Shown here piece by piece: positions 28,863-40,064 of a DNA stretch of 64,000 nt (position 1 is the first letter of the stretch; the number at the start of each line of letters is the position of its first letter). Source of the stretch: an uncultured delta proteobacterium. Lineage in GTDB: Bacteria > Myxococcota > Kuafuiibacteriia > Kuafuiibacteriales > Kuafuiibacteriaceae. The notes under the pieces were generated by a model that did not search any database, had not been told where the DNA came from, and saw nothing but the letters and a program-made list of their open reading frames with translations. Both the position numbers and the translations under genes were made by a program. The DNA lies in assembly GCA_963803435.1 (NCBI GenBank), contig CAWDML010000007.1, positions 1 to 64,000 of the forward strand, given 5' to 3'.

Positions 28863-30908
28863 ATGAACGAACGGATCTTGGTGACGGCAGCGCTCCCCTA
28901 CGCGAACGGGAGCATTCACATCGGCCACCTGGTCGAGTACCTGATGACCGACATCTTCGTGCGCGCGCTGAAGATGGCCGGCGAGGACGCGATCTACATC
29001 TGCGCCGACGACACCCACGGGACGCCGATCGAGCTCAACGCCCAAAAGGCCGGCGTCACACCGGAGGCGTTCGTGGCGCGGTTCGCGAAGGAGCACCTCG
29101 AGGACTTCTCGAGCTTCGGCATCCACTTCGATAGCTACTACTCGACGAACAGCGAGGAGAACCGGCGCTGGGCCTACGAGATCTACGGCCGCCTCAAGGC
29201 GGGCGGATACATCGAGGAGCGGGCGCTCGAGCAGCTCTACGACGAGAGCGCGAGGCGGTTTCTCCCCGATCGTTTCGTCAAGGGAACGTGCCCCAAGTGC
29301 GGGACGCCGGATCAGTACGGCGACGCCTGCGAGGCATGCGGCAGCACGTACGAGCCCACCGATCTGGTGAATCCGTACAGCGTCGTCAGCGGCTCCAAGC
29401 CGGTCCTCAAGAGCTCACAGCACCTGTTCGTGAACCTGGCCCGGTTCACGGACTTCCTCACCACCTGGGTGAAGACGGAGGGCCGACTCCAGACGGAGAC
29501 CCGCAGGTTCGTCGAGGGTTGGCTCGAGGGCGGTCTGTCGGACTGGTGCATCTCCAGGGACAAGCCGTACTTCGGGTTCGAGATCCCGGATCATCCGAAC
29601 AAGTACTTCTACGTCTGGCTCGACGCGCCGATCGGCTACATCAGCTCCACCGAGAACTGGGCCAAGCAGTCGGGCCACCCGGAGCTCACCGACGAGATCT
29701 GGCGCAAGAAGAAGGCGCGGATCATCCACGTGATCGGCAAGGACATCGTCTACTTTCACACGCTCTTCTGGCCGGCCATGCTCCACGCGGCCGACCTGGC
29801 GGTGCCGAGCAAGGTGCAGGTCCACGGCATGCTCACGGTCGACGGCGTGAAGATGTCGAAGAGCCGAGGAACCTTCATCAACGCACGGACGTTCCGCGAG
29901 CACCTCGATCCGATCTACCTGCGGTACTACTTCGCCTCGAAGATCGGTGCGACGGCGGAGGACGTCGACCTCTCGCTCGAGGAGTTCGTCAACCGCGTCA
30001 ACGCCGAGCTGGTGAACAACCTGGCGAACCTGGTGTCGCGCGCCTCTCGGTTCCTCCACGACAAGCTGGGCGGCCGCTACGGCAAGCTCGGGAACGACGC
30101 CGCGCCGCACCTCGACGCGGTCCGCCGGCGGGTCACGTCGGCCGAGGCCGCCTACCGCAACTTCGATCTGTCGGAGGCGGTGAAGCAGGCCCTCGAGATC
30201 TCGCGGCTCGGGAACGGCCTCTTCCAGGACGGAGCGCCTTGGAACCTGATCAAGGCGGACGAGGAGAAGGCGCGAGGGCTGGTCACGCTGTGTCTGAACC
30301 TGGCGCGCGCCGCCACGGTGGTGATGGCGCCCGCGGTGCCGGCATTCGCCGAGAAGGTCTACCCGATGCTCGGCCTCGACGCGCCGCCCTCGCGGTTCTC
30401 GGAGGCGATCGCGTTCGATCTGGTCGAGCGGAAGATGGGGACGCCGGACCGGATCGTCGATCGCATCGGGCGCGAGGAGCTCGACGCGATCATCGAGGCC
30501 TCCAAGACGGAGGTCACCCCGAAGCCGGCCGCCGCGCCGCCGAAGAAGAAGGCCCTGGAGGCGAAGGCGGCCGAGCCCTCCCAGATCACGATCGACGACT
30601 TCACCCGGATCGATCTTCGCGTGGCGCTGGTGCTGAAGGCCGAGCTGGTCGAAGGGGCCGACAAGCTGCTCCGGCTGACCCTGGACGTGGGAGAGGCCGA
30701 GCCGCGCACGGTGTTCGCTGGGATCCGTGGCGCCTATTCACCCGAGCAGGTGACCGGGAGGAAGGTGGCGCTCGTCTACAACCTGCAGCCTCGCAAGATG
30801 CGCTTCGGGACCAGCGAGGGCATGGTGCTGGCGGCCGGCCCGGGTGGAAAGGACGTGTGGCTCCTGTCCGTGCCCGAGGAGGCACCGCCCGGCTCGAGGA
30901 TCAAATAG
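28863..30908 (+). CDS. metG: Methionine--tRNA ligase
   Basis: HIGH, KMSKS, Zn knuckle, YVWLDAP, C-terminal tRNA-binding domain. Confidence 0.97.
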   Translation: MNERILVTAALPYANGSIHIGHLVEYLMTDIFVRALKMAGEDAIYICADDTHGTPIELNAQKAGVTPEAFVARFAKEHLEDFSSFGIHFDSYYSTNSEENRRWAYEIYGRLKAGGYIEERALEQLYDESARRFLPDRFVKGTCPKCGTPDQYGDACEACGSTYEPTDLVNPYSVVSGSKPVLKSSQHLFVNLARFTDFLTTWVKTEGRLQTETRRFVEGWLEGGLSDWCISRDKPYFGFEIPDHPNKYFYVWLDAPIGYISSTENWAKQSGHPELTDEIWRKKKARIIHVIGKDIVYFHTLFWPAMLHAADLAVPSKVQVHGMLTVDGVKMSKSRGTFINARTFREHLDPIYLRYYFASKIGATAEDVDLSLEEFVNRVNAELVNNLANLVSRASRFLHDKLGGRYGKLGNDAAPHLDAVRRRVTSAEAAYRNFDLSEAVKQALEISRLGNGLFQDGAPWNLIKADEEKARGLVTLCLNLARAATVVMAPAVPAFAEKVYPMLGLDAPPSRFSEAIAFDLVERKMGTPDRIVDRIGREELDAIIEASKTEVTPKPAAAPPKKKALEAKAAEPSQITIDDFTRIDLRVALVLKAELVEGADKLLRLTLDVGEAEPRTVFAGIRGAYSPEQVTGRKVALVYNLQPRKMRFGTSEGMVLAAGPGGKDVWLLSVPEEAPPGSRIK

Positions 30909-31835
30909 GTGAAGAACCGGCGCGCGGCCGAGCTCACGGCGCTGGCCGAGGCCGAACGGATCCCGGGTGATGCCATCGAGCGGGCCGACGCGGCGCTCGG
31001 TGACGACGATCCCGAGGTCCGGTGCGCGGCGATCGAGTTGATCGGGCGGCTGGCGGCCTTTCGAGAGGTACCGATCCCCGACGCCCTCGCCGCCCGCATC
31101 CTGGAGCATCGGAGCGACGCCGACCATCGCGTCCGGGCGGAGACCGCGGCGTCGCTCGCCATGCTCCCACGTGCGCCCGAGGGTGCGGCCCGGGCGATCC
31201 GAAGCCTGCTGGAGGACGCCCACTCCCGCGTGCGACAGGAGGCGTGCGCGGCCCTCGGCGACCTCGACGATCGCGTCTCGCGCGACCTGCTGGCGGAGCG
31301 CCTCGAAGACGTCGATCCCGAGGTGCGCTTCGAGGCGGCGTTCGCGCTGGCGAGCCTGAAGGACGCGCGGGCGAGGCCACTCCTCGAGTCCACGCTCTCG
31401 GTGACGCGCCGCCGGCTCGATGCGTGCGAGGGCCTGCGGCGTCTCGGCGATCCGGCCGCCGCTGACGCCCTGGAGAAGCTAGCGGGCAAGCTCTTCCTGG
31501 CCTGGGTCGATCGCCTCACCGCCTGGGCGACCCTGTCGGCGCTCGGGAGCGTAGAGGCCGGTGCCAAGGTCGTCCAACGCGCCGGCGCCAGGAGCCGCGA
31601 GGAGAGGATCTACGCGCTCTCACTGATCGGCTCGCACCGGATCGCCGCGGGGCGCGAGCTCCTCGAGACAATCGCCAAGAACGAGCGCGACCCGGCGCGC
31701 GACACCGCGGTGCGCGCGCTCGGCGACCTGGGCGATCCGGCCGCGCTCGAGACGCTCGACGTGCTCCGGCACGGACCGGACCGGGCGCTGGCCGCCGACG
31801 CCGAGCGCGCGATCGAGAAGATCAAGAGCCATTGA
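30909..31835 (+). CDS. HEAT/PBS-lyase repeat protein
   Basis: Repeated D...VR..A..ALG. Confidence 0.8.
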   Translation: MKNRRAAELTALAEAERIPGDAIERADAALGDDDPEVRCAAIELIGRLAAFREVPIPDALAARILEHRSDADHRVRAETAASLAMLPRAPEGAARAIRSLLEDAHSRVRQEACAALGDLDDRVSRDLLAERLEDVDPEVRFEAAFALASLKDARARPLLESTLSVTRRRLDACEGLRRLGDPAAADALEKLAGKLFLAWVDRLTAWATLSALGSVEAGAKVVQRAGARSREERIYALSLIGSHRIAAGRELLETIAKNERDPARDTAVRALGDLGDPAALETLDVLRHGPDRALAADAERAIEKIKSH

Positions 31836-33057
31836 GGCGTCGCACGCTCTCGCAGCCGCGCGCGTTCCCGCCGTCGCACGCCAGCCGATAGTACTTGAGC
31901 GCCATCGAGGCGTTCCGTCCGGTGCCCTGGCCGTGCTCATACATGTAGCCCAGGTTGCCGCAGCCGATCGCGCTGCCGCCGTCGCAACCCTTCCGGTAGA
32001 GATCGAGCGCGCGGGCCTGGCTCTTCTCGACGCCCTGGCCGGTCTCGAAGAGATAGCCGAGGTTCGTGCAACCGCCCGAGTTTCCGCCGTCGCAGCCCCG
32101 CTGGTAGAGCTCCAGCGCGCGCGCGTCGTCGGCCGGGACGCCGTGACCGTTGCGGTACATGTAGCCGAGGTTGGTGCAGCCCCGCGCGTTCCCCATGTCG
32201 CAGGCCTTCTCGTAGTACGAGACCGCGACGGCCGCGTCCTCCTTCACTCCCTTGCCCTTCTCGTACATGTACCCGGTGTTGGTGCATCCGGTCGCGTTGC
32301 CCAGCCCGCACCCGCGCAGGTAGAGCCGCACTGCCTTGATCGGATCCTCCGTGATCAGCCTGCCCTTCTCGAACATGAAGCCGAGGTCGGTGCAGGAAGC
32401 GCCGTGGGATTGGCGGCAGCCCTCGAGCAAGTGGGCCTGCGCCAGGGCCAGATCGCGCGCTCGGCCGTTCTTGCCGTCGCGGTAGTCGAGCCCGAGCCGG
32501 TAGCAGCTCTCCACCGGCGCACAGGACACCGGCGGCAGGCTCGCATCCATCAGCGCGGGATCGAGCGTGCCTGCGCCCTCTGCGGAGGCGTCCCCCGGCG
32601 GCGGCGCTGCCTGCGACTTCAGCTTGAACGCGACCTGCTCTACCGACGCCGTCAGCTGGTCGGGCGCGCAGCCGCCCTTGACGGTGGCGACGCGCTCGCT
32701 CACCTCCTTCTCCAGATCGAACAGGACGCTCTTCAAGATGCAGCGGGAGCCGAGGCGCATCAGCTGCGTCGACAGCGACTTCTCGGCGGCCAGCGCCTTG
32801 CCGATCTCGATCTGACAGGCCTCGTCCATACAGCTCTTGTACGAGTCCTTCTTCTTGGAGAGGAGGAGGCGGTGCAGGTCGTCCGACGGGACCACGCGAT
32901 AACGTCCACCCTCGGCGATCTGACCGCCGAGATACTCGGTGAGCTGATGGATCGTGTCGTGATCGGTCTTCTTCTTGGCGGCGGTCTCCTCGATCTCGAA
33001 GACCGCGACCACCGGCTGCGCGGTCGCGACGACTCCCAGCGCAATCCAGGGGACCAT
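31822..33057 (-). CDS. Sel1-repeat exported protein
   Basis: Multiple GCTNLGYMY..G.GV..D..A..Y..C repeats after an alpha/beta N-terminal domain. Confidence 0.85.
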   Translation of the reverse strand: MVPWIALGVVATAQPVVAVFEIEETAAKKKTDHDTIHQLTEYLGGQIAEGGRYRVVPSDDLHRLLLSKKKDSYKSCMDEACQIEIGKALAAEKSLSTQLMRLGSRCILKSVLFDLEKEVSERVATVKGGCAPDQLTASVEQVAFKLKSQAAPPPGDASAEGAGTLDPALMDASLPPVSCAPVESCYRLGLDYRDGKNGRARDLALAQAHLLEGCRQSHGASCTDLGFMFEKGRLITEDPIKAVRLYLRGCGLGNATGCTNTGYMYEKGKGVKEDAAVAVSYYEKACDMGNARGCTNLGYMYRNGHGVPADDARALELYQRGCDGGNSGGCTNLGYLFETGQGVEKSQARALDLYRKGCDGGSAIGCGNLGYMYEHGQGTGRNASMALKYYRLACDGGNARGCESVRRLNGS

Positions 33058-33104
33058 CGGAGAAAGAATAGCCGCGAGTGCGCTCGATTTGATAGAGACG
33101 TGAC

Positions 33105-33874
33105 GTGCGCTTCGTCGACAGCCACGCCCATCTGGACGGCGAGCACTTCGCGGATCTGACCCCTTTCCTCGAACGTGCTCGCGACGCCGGGATCACCGAC
33201 ATCGTCTGCATCGGTGCGAGCGCCGGCTTCGAGAGCAACCCGCGCACCGTCGCGCTGGCGGAGCGGCACGAGCGGATGTTCGCGACCGTGGGCATCCACC
33301 CCCACGACGCGCGGGTCACCACCGACGACGTCGTCGAGGACATCCGCCGGCTGTCGACCCACCCGAAGGTGGTCGCGATCGGCGAGATCGGCCTCGACTA
33401 CCACTATGATCTTTCGCCGCGCGATCAACAGCGTGCGGCCTTCTCGAGATTCCTCAACCTGTCGCGCGAGGCCCGGAAACCGGTCGTGATCCATACGCGC
33501 GAGGCCGAGGAGGACACGCTCGCCCTGCTCCGCGACGCCGGCGCCGAGACCCTCGGCGGCGTGATCCACTGCTTCACCGGCACCGAGCGCCTCGCCGAGG
33601 GCGCGCTCGACCTCGGGTTCTACATCTCCTTCTCCGGGGTCCTCACCTTCAGGAACGCCGACCCGCTCCGGGCCATCGCCCGCGAGCTTCCGCGCGACCG
33701 CGTCCTCGTCGAAACCGACTGTCCCTTCCTCGCCCCCGTCCCCGTCCGCGGACGCGAGAACGAGCCGAGCTTCATCGTTCACACGGCAAGGTGCCTTGCG
33801 GACGTGTGGGGAGTGAGCGAGGAGGAGGTCCGGCGGATCACCGGAGAGAACGCGGTCCGCTTGTTCGGGCTCGA

Positions 33875-33878
<4 letters not shown>
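33105..33878 (+). CDS. tatD: TatD family hydrolase
   Basis: [29 protein letters not shown]. Confidence 0.93.
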
Positions 33879-35032
<1,154 letters not shown>

Positions 35033-35105
35033 GCTCGCTCCTTGTTGGTGACCGCGCAGCGCTACCAGATGACATCCAATCGATCAACCGGCCCCCATTG
35101 CTGAG

Positions 35106-36478
35106 ATGTTCGGGACAGAGGTAGATTTCGCGCGAGTGACCGGGGAACCCACGAACGAAGTCACGAAGAAGGCGGTGTGTAAGTCGTTCACTGCGGTCAT
35201 CCGTGGGAGCGCGCTGGCGATCGATCCCAAGGCCTTTTTCATGATGCTCAATGCGAACTTCCCCGTGTTGTACCAGAACAACCAGATCAACCTGGCACCG
35301 ATCTGGGACGCTTTGTCGACCTCCCACGCGCCCGAGCAGCTCCACGGCGTCTTCCTGATGTTCCGGATGCGGGCGCTGGATCTGGGGCTGGCCGTGCAGC
35401 TCCCGGGGCCGGTCGAGTCCCTGAGCGACGACGAGATGCGGCTGGCCCTCCAGCCCTGGACGGGGCTGATGATCCCGGACGAGCCAACGCCCTACGAGCC
35501 GCTCCCGCTGGCCCTCAGCACCGGGGATCTGAAGCCCTTCGTACCGGAAGAGCTCCGGCGCCAGATCATACAGATCGTCTCGACCGCCTTCCGCGCCTCC
35601 CTCAGCGGCCAGGTCGACGCCGCGCAGCTCACGTTCCAGATCGACTCCAGCTTCGACGCCCTCTTCGACGGCCAGACCTTCGACCTCGCCCAGATCTTCG
35701 ACGGCCTGCGTCAGTCGCACCCGCTCTCGGACCAGGCGATCTATCAGGTCGTCGCGCGCGCCACGGCGGACCTGGCCACCCTCGACGTCCAGGTGGAGGA
35801 GCCTGCGCTCGAGCTGAATACGATCGAGAAGCAGAACATCACGGCCGACCTCCGTCGCGCCGAGGAGCGCGCCGCCAAGAACCGCGCTTCGGGTCCCACG
35901 CCGCCCGCCGCCGACAAGCCGCCCGAGGAGACCTCGAAGCGCATCACCCGCGAGGAGCGGCTCAAAGAGTACGGGCTCAGCAGCGTCCGCGAGAAGCGGT
36001 ACCCGATCCGAAGATCATCCTCGCGGTCGTCGCCGTCGGCGTCGGTGTGACGGCGTTTCTGACCCGACCGAACCGAGACATCGACCACGACGAGTACGAC
36101 GCCGTGATCCCCATCCGCACCGCAGAGCTCCGCGACGGCGACTTCCAATGCGTCGTCGACGAATCGAAGTGGCTCGCGCTGTCCCCGGAGGAGCGCGCCA
36201 CCCGGCTGACCAAGTTCGAGGCGATGCTGCGGGACGATCGCCTGATCTCCAACATGCAGTGCCGAGACACGCACGGCCAGCTGGTGATCACCATGCTCGG
36301 ATCCGGACGCATGGCAGGCGCTCCGAACTTCATGAAGGGCGACATCCACGGCGAGCTCCCCAAGGTCGCCCCTCCTCCACTTCCCGTCCCGCCGAAGCCA
36401 GAGGTGACCGCGCCGCCCTCCGCTGAGTTGGTCGAGCCGCCCCCGGCCGCGGCGCCACCCGCGGACAGGCCCCGCTAG
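35106..36478 (+). CDS. Hypothetical bitopic membrane protein (frameshift at ~36009 joins ORFs 35106..36050 and 36047..36478)
   Basis: Shifting frame at 36009 restores a TM helix KIILAVVAVGVGVTAFL. Confidence 0.6.
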
Positions 36479-37111
36479 GAGCGTGTAGCGCGTAGCGCTA
36501 CCGCGAGCCCGGTCCGGGTCCCGGTCCCGGTCCCGGTCCCGATGGCGATCATGCAGCCCGGCGTGCGTTCATCGGCCTCATCAAGTCGCGTGAGCATCTC
36601 GACAACGCGCTTGAGCTTGGCTCTGGCGGCTTGGAGCTTCTGCTCGTTGGCGAGTCGGCGCCTCAAGCAGGTGTGGAGTGAGGCGGCGCTTTCGGTGCCA
36701 GAGCGAAGTGCCATCCGGTAGAAGCGAGCCTTCTCAGGACCAAGACGCGTCGACTCCGTCCTCATCAGCTTCGGAGCCCACACCTGCCTCGCTCGCTCCC
36801 AAGCGAATGCGAGACAAGTTGCAAACGCGCGACGGCAAGGCGGTCTACGCCCGCAGGAAGAGTATCGTCGAACCGGCGCTCGGACAGATCAAAGGGGCAC
36901 GAGGATTCCGCCGGTTCTCGCTACGCTCCTTCTTCAAGGTACGAGCCGAGTGGACGCTCGTCTGCCTCACCCACAACCTGCTCAAGCTCTACCGATCGAA
37001 GCTCGCGACCGTCGCGAGCGTCTGACTCAAGGCAGCCATCTTCAGATCGGGACCCGGACCGGGACCGGGACCCGGACCGGGGTCGCGTGAGCGCTTACGC
37101 GCTACACGCTC
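36479..37111. mobile_element. Non-autonomous TIR element, copy 2 (633 bp, internally deleted)
   Basis: Near-identical to the ends of 18993-20311; same TIRs; CTAG direct repeats at 36475-36478 and 37112-37115. Confidence 0.88.
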
Positions 37112-38854
37112 CTAGAGATCCGGGGTCCAGCTCTGGATCTTCGCCTCGAGGGCCAGCTCGACGTCGCGTGTCGTCGACATCTCGCAGGCCTGTGCCGCCA
37201 GCTCCACACAGTCCGCCGCCGAGAGCTTCCGGATCATCCGTTTCACGATCGGGATCGAGGTTGGCGTCATCGACAGCGTGCGGAGCCCCAGGCCGACCAG
37301 GAGTGGCGCGTGAAAGGGATCGCCGGCCACTTCGCCGCACACGCTGATCGGGCGGCCAGCATCGTGCGCCACCGTGCAGGCGGTCCGGATCATCCGCAAC
37401 ACTGCCGGATGGCAGGCGCGATACAGGTACGCCACCGACTCGTTCCCGCGATCCGCGGCGAGCGTGTACTGGATGAGATCGTTGGTGCCGATCGAGAAGA
37501 AGTCGACCTCCTCCGACAGGCGATCGACGATCAGGATCGCCGCCGGAGTCTCGAGCATCACGCCGACGGGCATCTGCGGGTCGAACGGACGGCCCGATCG
37601 CTCCAGGTCCGCCGCGATCTCCTCGATGATCGCGCGGGCCTGACGGACCTCCTCCACGCCGGTCACGAACGGGAGCAGGAGACGTACTGGGCCCACGCCG
37701 CTGGCGAGCATCACGCCTTCGAGCTGTTGCGCGAAGTGCGCCCGATCTCGGAGCGAGAGCCGGATCGCACGCAGGCCCAGGGCGGGGTTCGCGTCGGTGT
37801 AGAGCGAGCCCGTGCCGAACTGCTTGTCGCCCCCCAGGTCGTACGTGCGGATCGTGGTGGGCAGACCGCCGAGCACCTCGAGGACGTGTTGATACGCCTC
37901 GAAGTGACCGAGCGCGTCGCTCACGTCGGGTCGCTCGAGGCAGAGAAACTCGGTGCGGTAGAGGCCGACGCCCTGGCCGCCGTGCTTGACGACCTGCTCG
38001 ACCTCGCTCGCCACCTCGATGTTGCCGTAGAGCGTGATCGTCACGCCGTCGGCGGTCTCTGCGGGGAGGAAGCGGTCCGCGAGCAGCGCCTGCTCCTCCT
38101 TGGCCCGCCGCTTCTCGATGCCGCGATATCGACCCTGGACGGCCCCGCTCGGCTTGAGCACCACCTCGCCGGAGTAGCCGTCGACGATCACCTGATCGCC
38201 GGATCCGGCCAGCTCCATGATCCCGCGCGCGCCCAGCACGCAGGGCACGTTCAGCGCCCGCGCGAGGATCGCCACGTGCGAGGTGCGGCCGCCCAGCTCG
38301 GTCACGAATGCGCGCGCCGCGAAGCGTGCCAGCGCTACGGCGTCGGCCGGAGAGAGATCGTGCGCCACCACGACCGCGTCCTCCGAGAGGTTGTCCAGCA
38401 GATCCGTCTCGGCCCCGATCAGGTTTCGGAGGACCCGATCCGCGACCACGTCCACATCGCTGCGACGCTCGCGGAAGTAGTCCTCGTCGAGGTTGTCGAA
38501 GAGCTTCTTGACGCTCTTGACGGTGTCCTTGAGGGCCCACTCCGCGTTCTGGCCCTGCTTGGCGATGAGGTCGCGCGTGGACTGAAAGAGCGCGTCGTCG
38601 CGAAGGATCATCGAGTGGGCCTCGAGGAGCGCCCGGACCTGCTCGAACCCCGCTCGCTGAGCGCGCGCGCCCAGCTCCACCAGCTGTCCCTCGGACTTCT
38701 GGACCGCCCCTTCGAAGCGCTCGATCTCCCGGATCCGCTTCTCCTCGGGGACGTGATAGTGCGGCACCGCCACCCGGCGCCGGTCCACGACATGGACGAC
38801 GCCGAAGGCGATCCCGCCGCACACGCCCATACCGCGGAACCTTCGGTCGCTCAC
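37112..38854 (-). CDS. ptsI: PTS enzyme I (phosphoenolpyruvate-protein phosphotransferase)
   Basis: GGRTSHVAI, GVGLYRTEF, NPALGLRAIR, FSIGTNDL, CGE. Confidence 0.95.
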   Translation of the reverse strand: MSDRRFRGMGVCGGIAFGVVHVVDRRRVAVPHYHVPEEKRIREIERFEGAVQKSEGQLVELGARAQRAGFEQVRALLEAHSMILRDDALFQSTRDLIAKQGQNAEWALKDTVKSVKKLFDNLDEDYFRERRSDVDVVADRVLRNLIGAETDLLDNLSEDAVVVAHDLSPADAVALARFAARAFVTELGGRTSHVAILARALNVPCVLGARGIMELAGSGDQVIVDGYSGEVVLKPSGAVQGRYRGIEKRRAKEEQALLADRFLPAETADGVTITLYGNIEVASEVEQVVKHGGQGVGLYRTEFLCLERPDVSDALGHFEAYQHVLEVLGGLPTTIRTYDLGGDKQFGTGSLYTDANPALGLRAIRLSLRDRAHFAQQLEGVMLASGVGPVRLLLPFVTGVEEVRQARAIIEEIAADLERSGRPFDPQMPVGVMLETPAAILIVDRLSEEVDFFSIGTNDLIQYTLAADRGNESVAYLYRACHPAVLRMIRTACTVAHDAGRPISVCGEVAGDPFHAPLLVGLGLRTLSMTPTSIPIVKRMIRKLSAADCVELAAQACEMSTTRDVELALEAKIQSWTPDL

Positions 38855-39618
38855 TTCGTCGCCCCCTCGTAGAACCCGTTCGCGAAGAGCTCCCGGATCG
38901 CGTCCATCCCCGCCCTCGCCCCCGGGCCCGTCACCACCACGTCCAGCATCGTGCCGCAGGTCGCGCCCAGCGTCGTCAACCCGAGGAGGCTCTTAGCGTT
39001 GACCAGATCGAGGCCCTTCCCGATCTTCACGTCGGCCTGGAGCTTACTCGTGAGCTGTGCCAGTACGTGAGCGGCCCGGAGGTGGAGGCCGCGCTCGTTG
39101 ACCACCTCGAAGACCTCTCGCAGGCTCTCTTCATCCGCTTGGGATCCGGATAGTGCGTCGGCGGGCATCCTCGGGTCATTGGGCAACGCCTGGACGTAGA
39201 CCTCGATTCCGCGGCGCGTGAGCCTCCGGATCAGATCGAAGTCGGGCGGCCCCAGATGGACGGCGGGGTGCACGGGCGCCCGGTCCGGGGCCTCGGGTAC
39301 ATGCCCGATGTTGAGAGAGCTGATCTTGAGCCCTGCCGAGACCGCCCGGATCACGGCCTCGAGAGAGCTGAAGAGGACGATCGTCGATGGAAGATCCGAT
39401 CTCGAGAGCTCGAGCGACACCTCTTCCTCCGAGGTGAAGACGACATCGGTGTCCATCGCCGACATCTCGAAGATGGTGCGCAATCGATGTTGCGAGACTA
39501 CGGTCTCGTCGGCGACGATGATCAACTTGGCGCCGAGCTCCGGCACCCAGGCGTTCATCAGCGTGGCGTGAATCAGCCTGGGATCGATGCGAAATAGGAT
39601 CCGCAAGTCATCTTGCAT
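38851..39618 (-). CDS. Fusion of mannose-class PTS EIIB and HPr
   Basis: RIDPRLIH (EIIB) at N-terminus; VNERGLHLRAA and NAKSLLG (HPr His15/Ser46) at C-terminus. Confidence 0.85.
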   Translation of the reverse strand: MQDDLRILFRIDPRLIHATLMNAWVPELGAKLIIVADETVVSQHRLRTIFEMSAMDTDVVFTSEEEVSLELSRSDLPSTIVLFSSLEAVIRAVSAGLKISSLNIGHVPEAPDRAPVHPAVHLGPPDFDLIRRLTRRGIEVYVQALPNDPRMPADALSGSQADEESLREVFEVVNERGLHLRAAHVLAQLTSKLQADVKIGKGLDLVNAKSLLGLTTLGATCGTMLDVVVTGPGARAGMDAIRELFANGFYEGATK

Positions 39619-40027
39619 CCTGCTCGCGCTCCTTCAGAATCTCGCTGGCCACCAGGAGGTTCCGCTGCCCGTAGAACTTGAGGAGCTGGGCAAGCGTTCC
39701 CACGTCGTCCGCCGTCTTGATGGCGCTGCTCAGCTTCAAGAGCATCGGCAAGTTACAGCCGGTCACCACCTCGATCGACGTCTCGCCGACGAGCTGAAGC
39801 GCAACATTCGTTGCGGTCCCCCCGAACATGTCCGCCAGGATCAACACGCCGGCCCCCCGGTCGACGCGAAGAACCGCCTCGTGCATCCGTCTCTGGACCT
39901 CTTCGAGGCGCTCCGATCGGTCGATCGGCATCGCCTCGGCAGACTCGAAGGGGCCGACGATCTCCACCGCCGTCTCGAGCAGCGCTTGGGCGAGCCGCCC
40001 ATGGCTGACGATCAAAAGACCGATCAC
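39608..40027 (-). CDS. Mannose-class PTS EIIA
   Basis: IVSHG, ADMFGGT, TGCNLPML. Confidence 0.9.
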   Translation of the reverse strand: MIGLLIVSHGRLAQALLETAVEIVGPFESAEAMPIDRSERLEEVQRRMHEAVLRVDRGAGVLILADMFGGTATNVALQLVGETSIEVVTGCNLPMLLKLSSAIKTADDVGTLAQLLKFYGQRNLLVASEILKEREQDAR

Positions 40028-40064
40028 GGAGCTCGGATGCTATCGCAGGCGACCCCAAGCGTCA

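Noticed and set aside
35033-35105. SAM riboswitch upstream of metK
   Set aside because: Only 73 bp and no recognisable SAM-I/II/SAH consensus by eye; an Rfam scan would settle it
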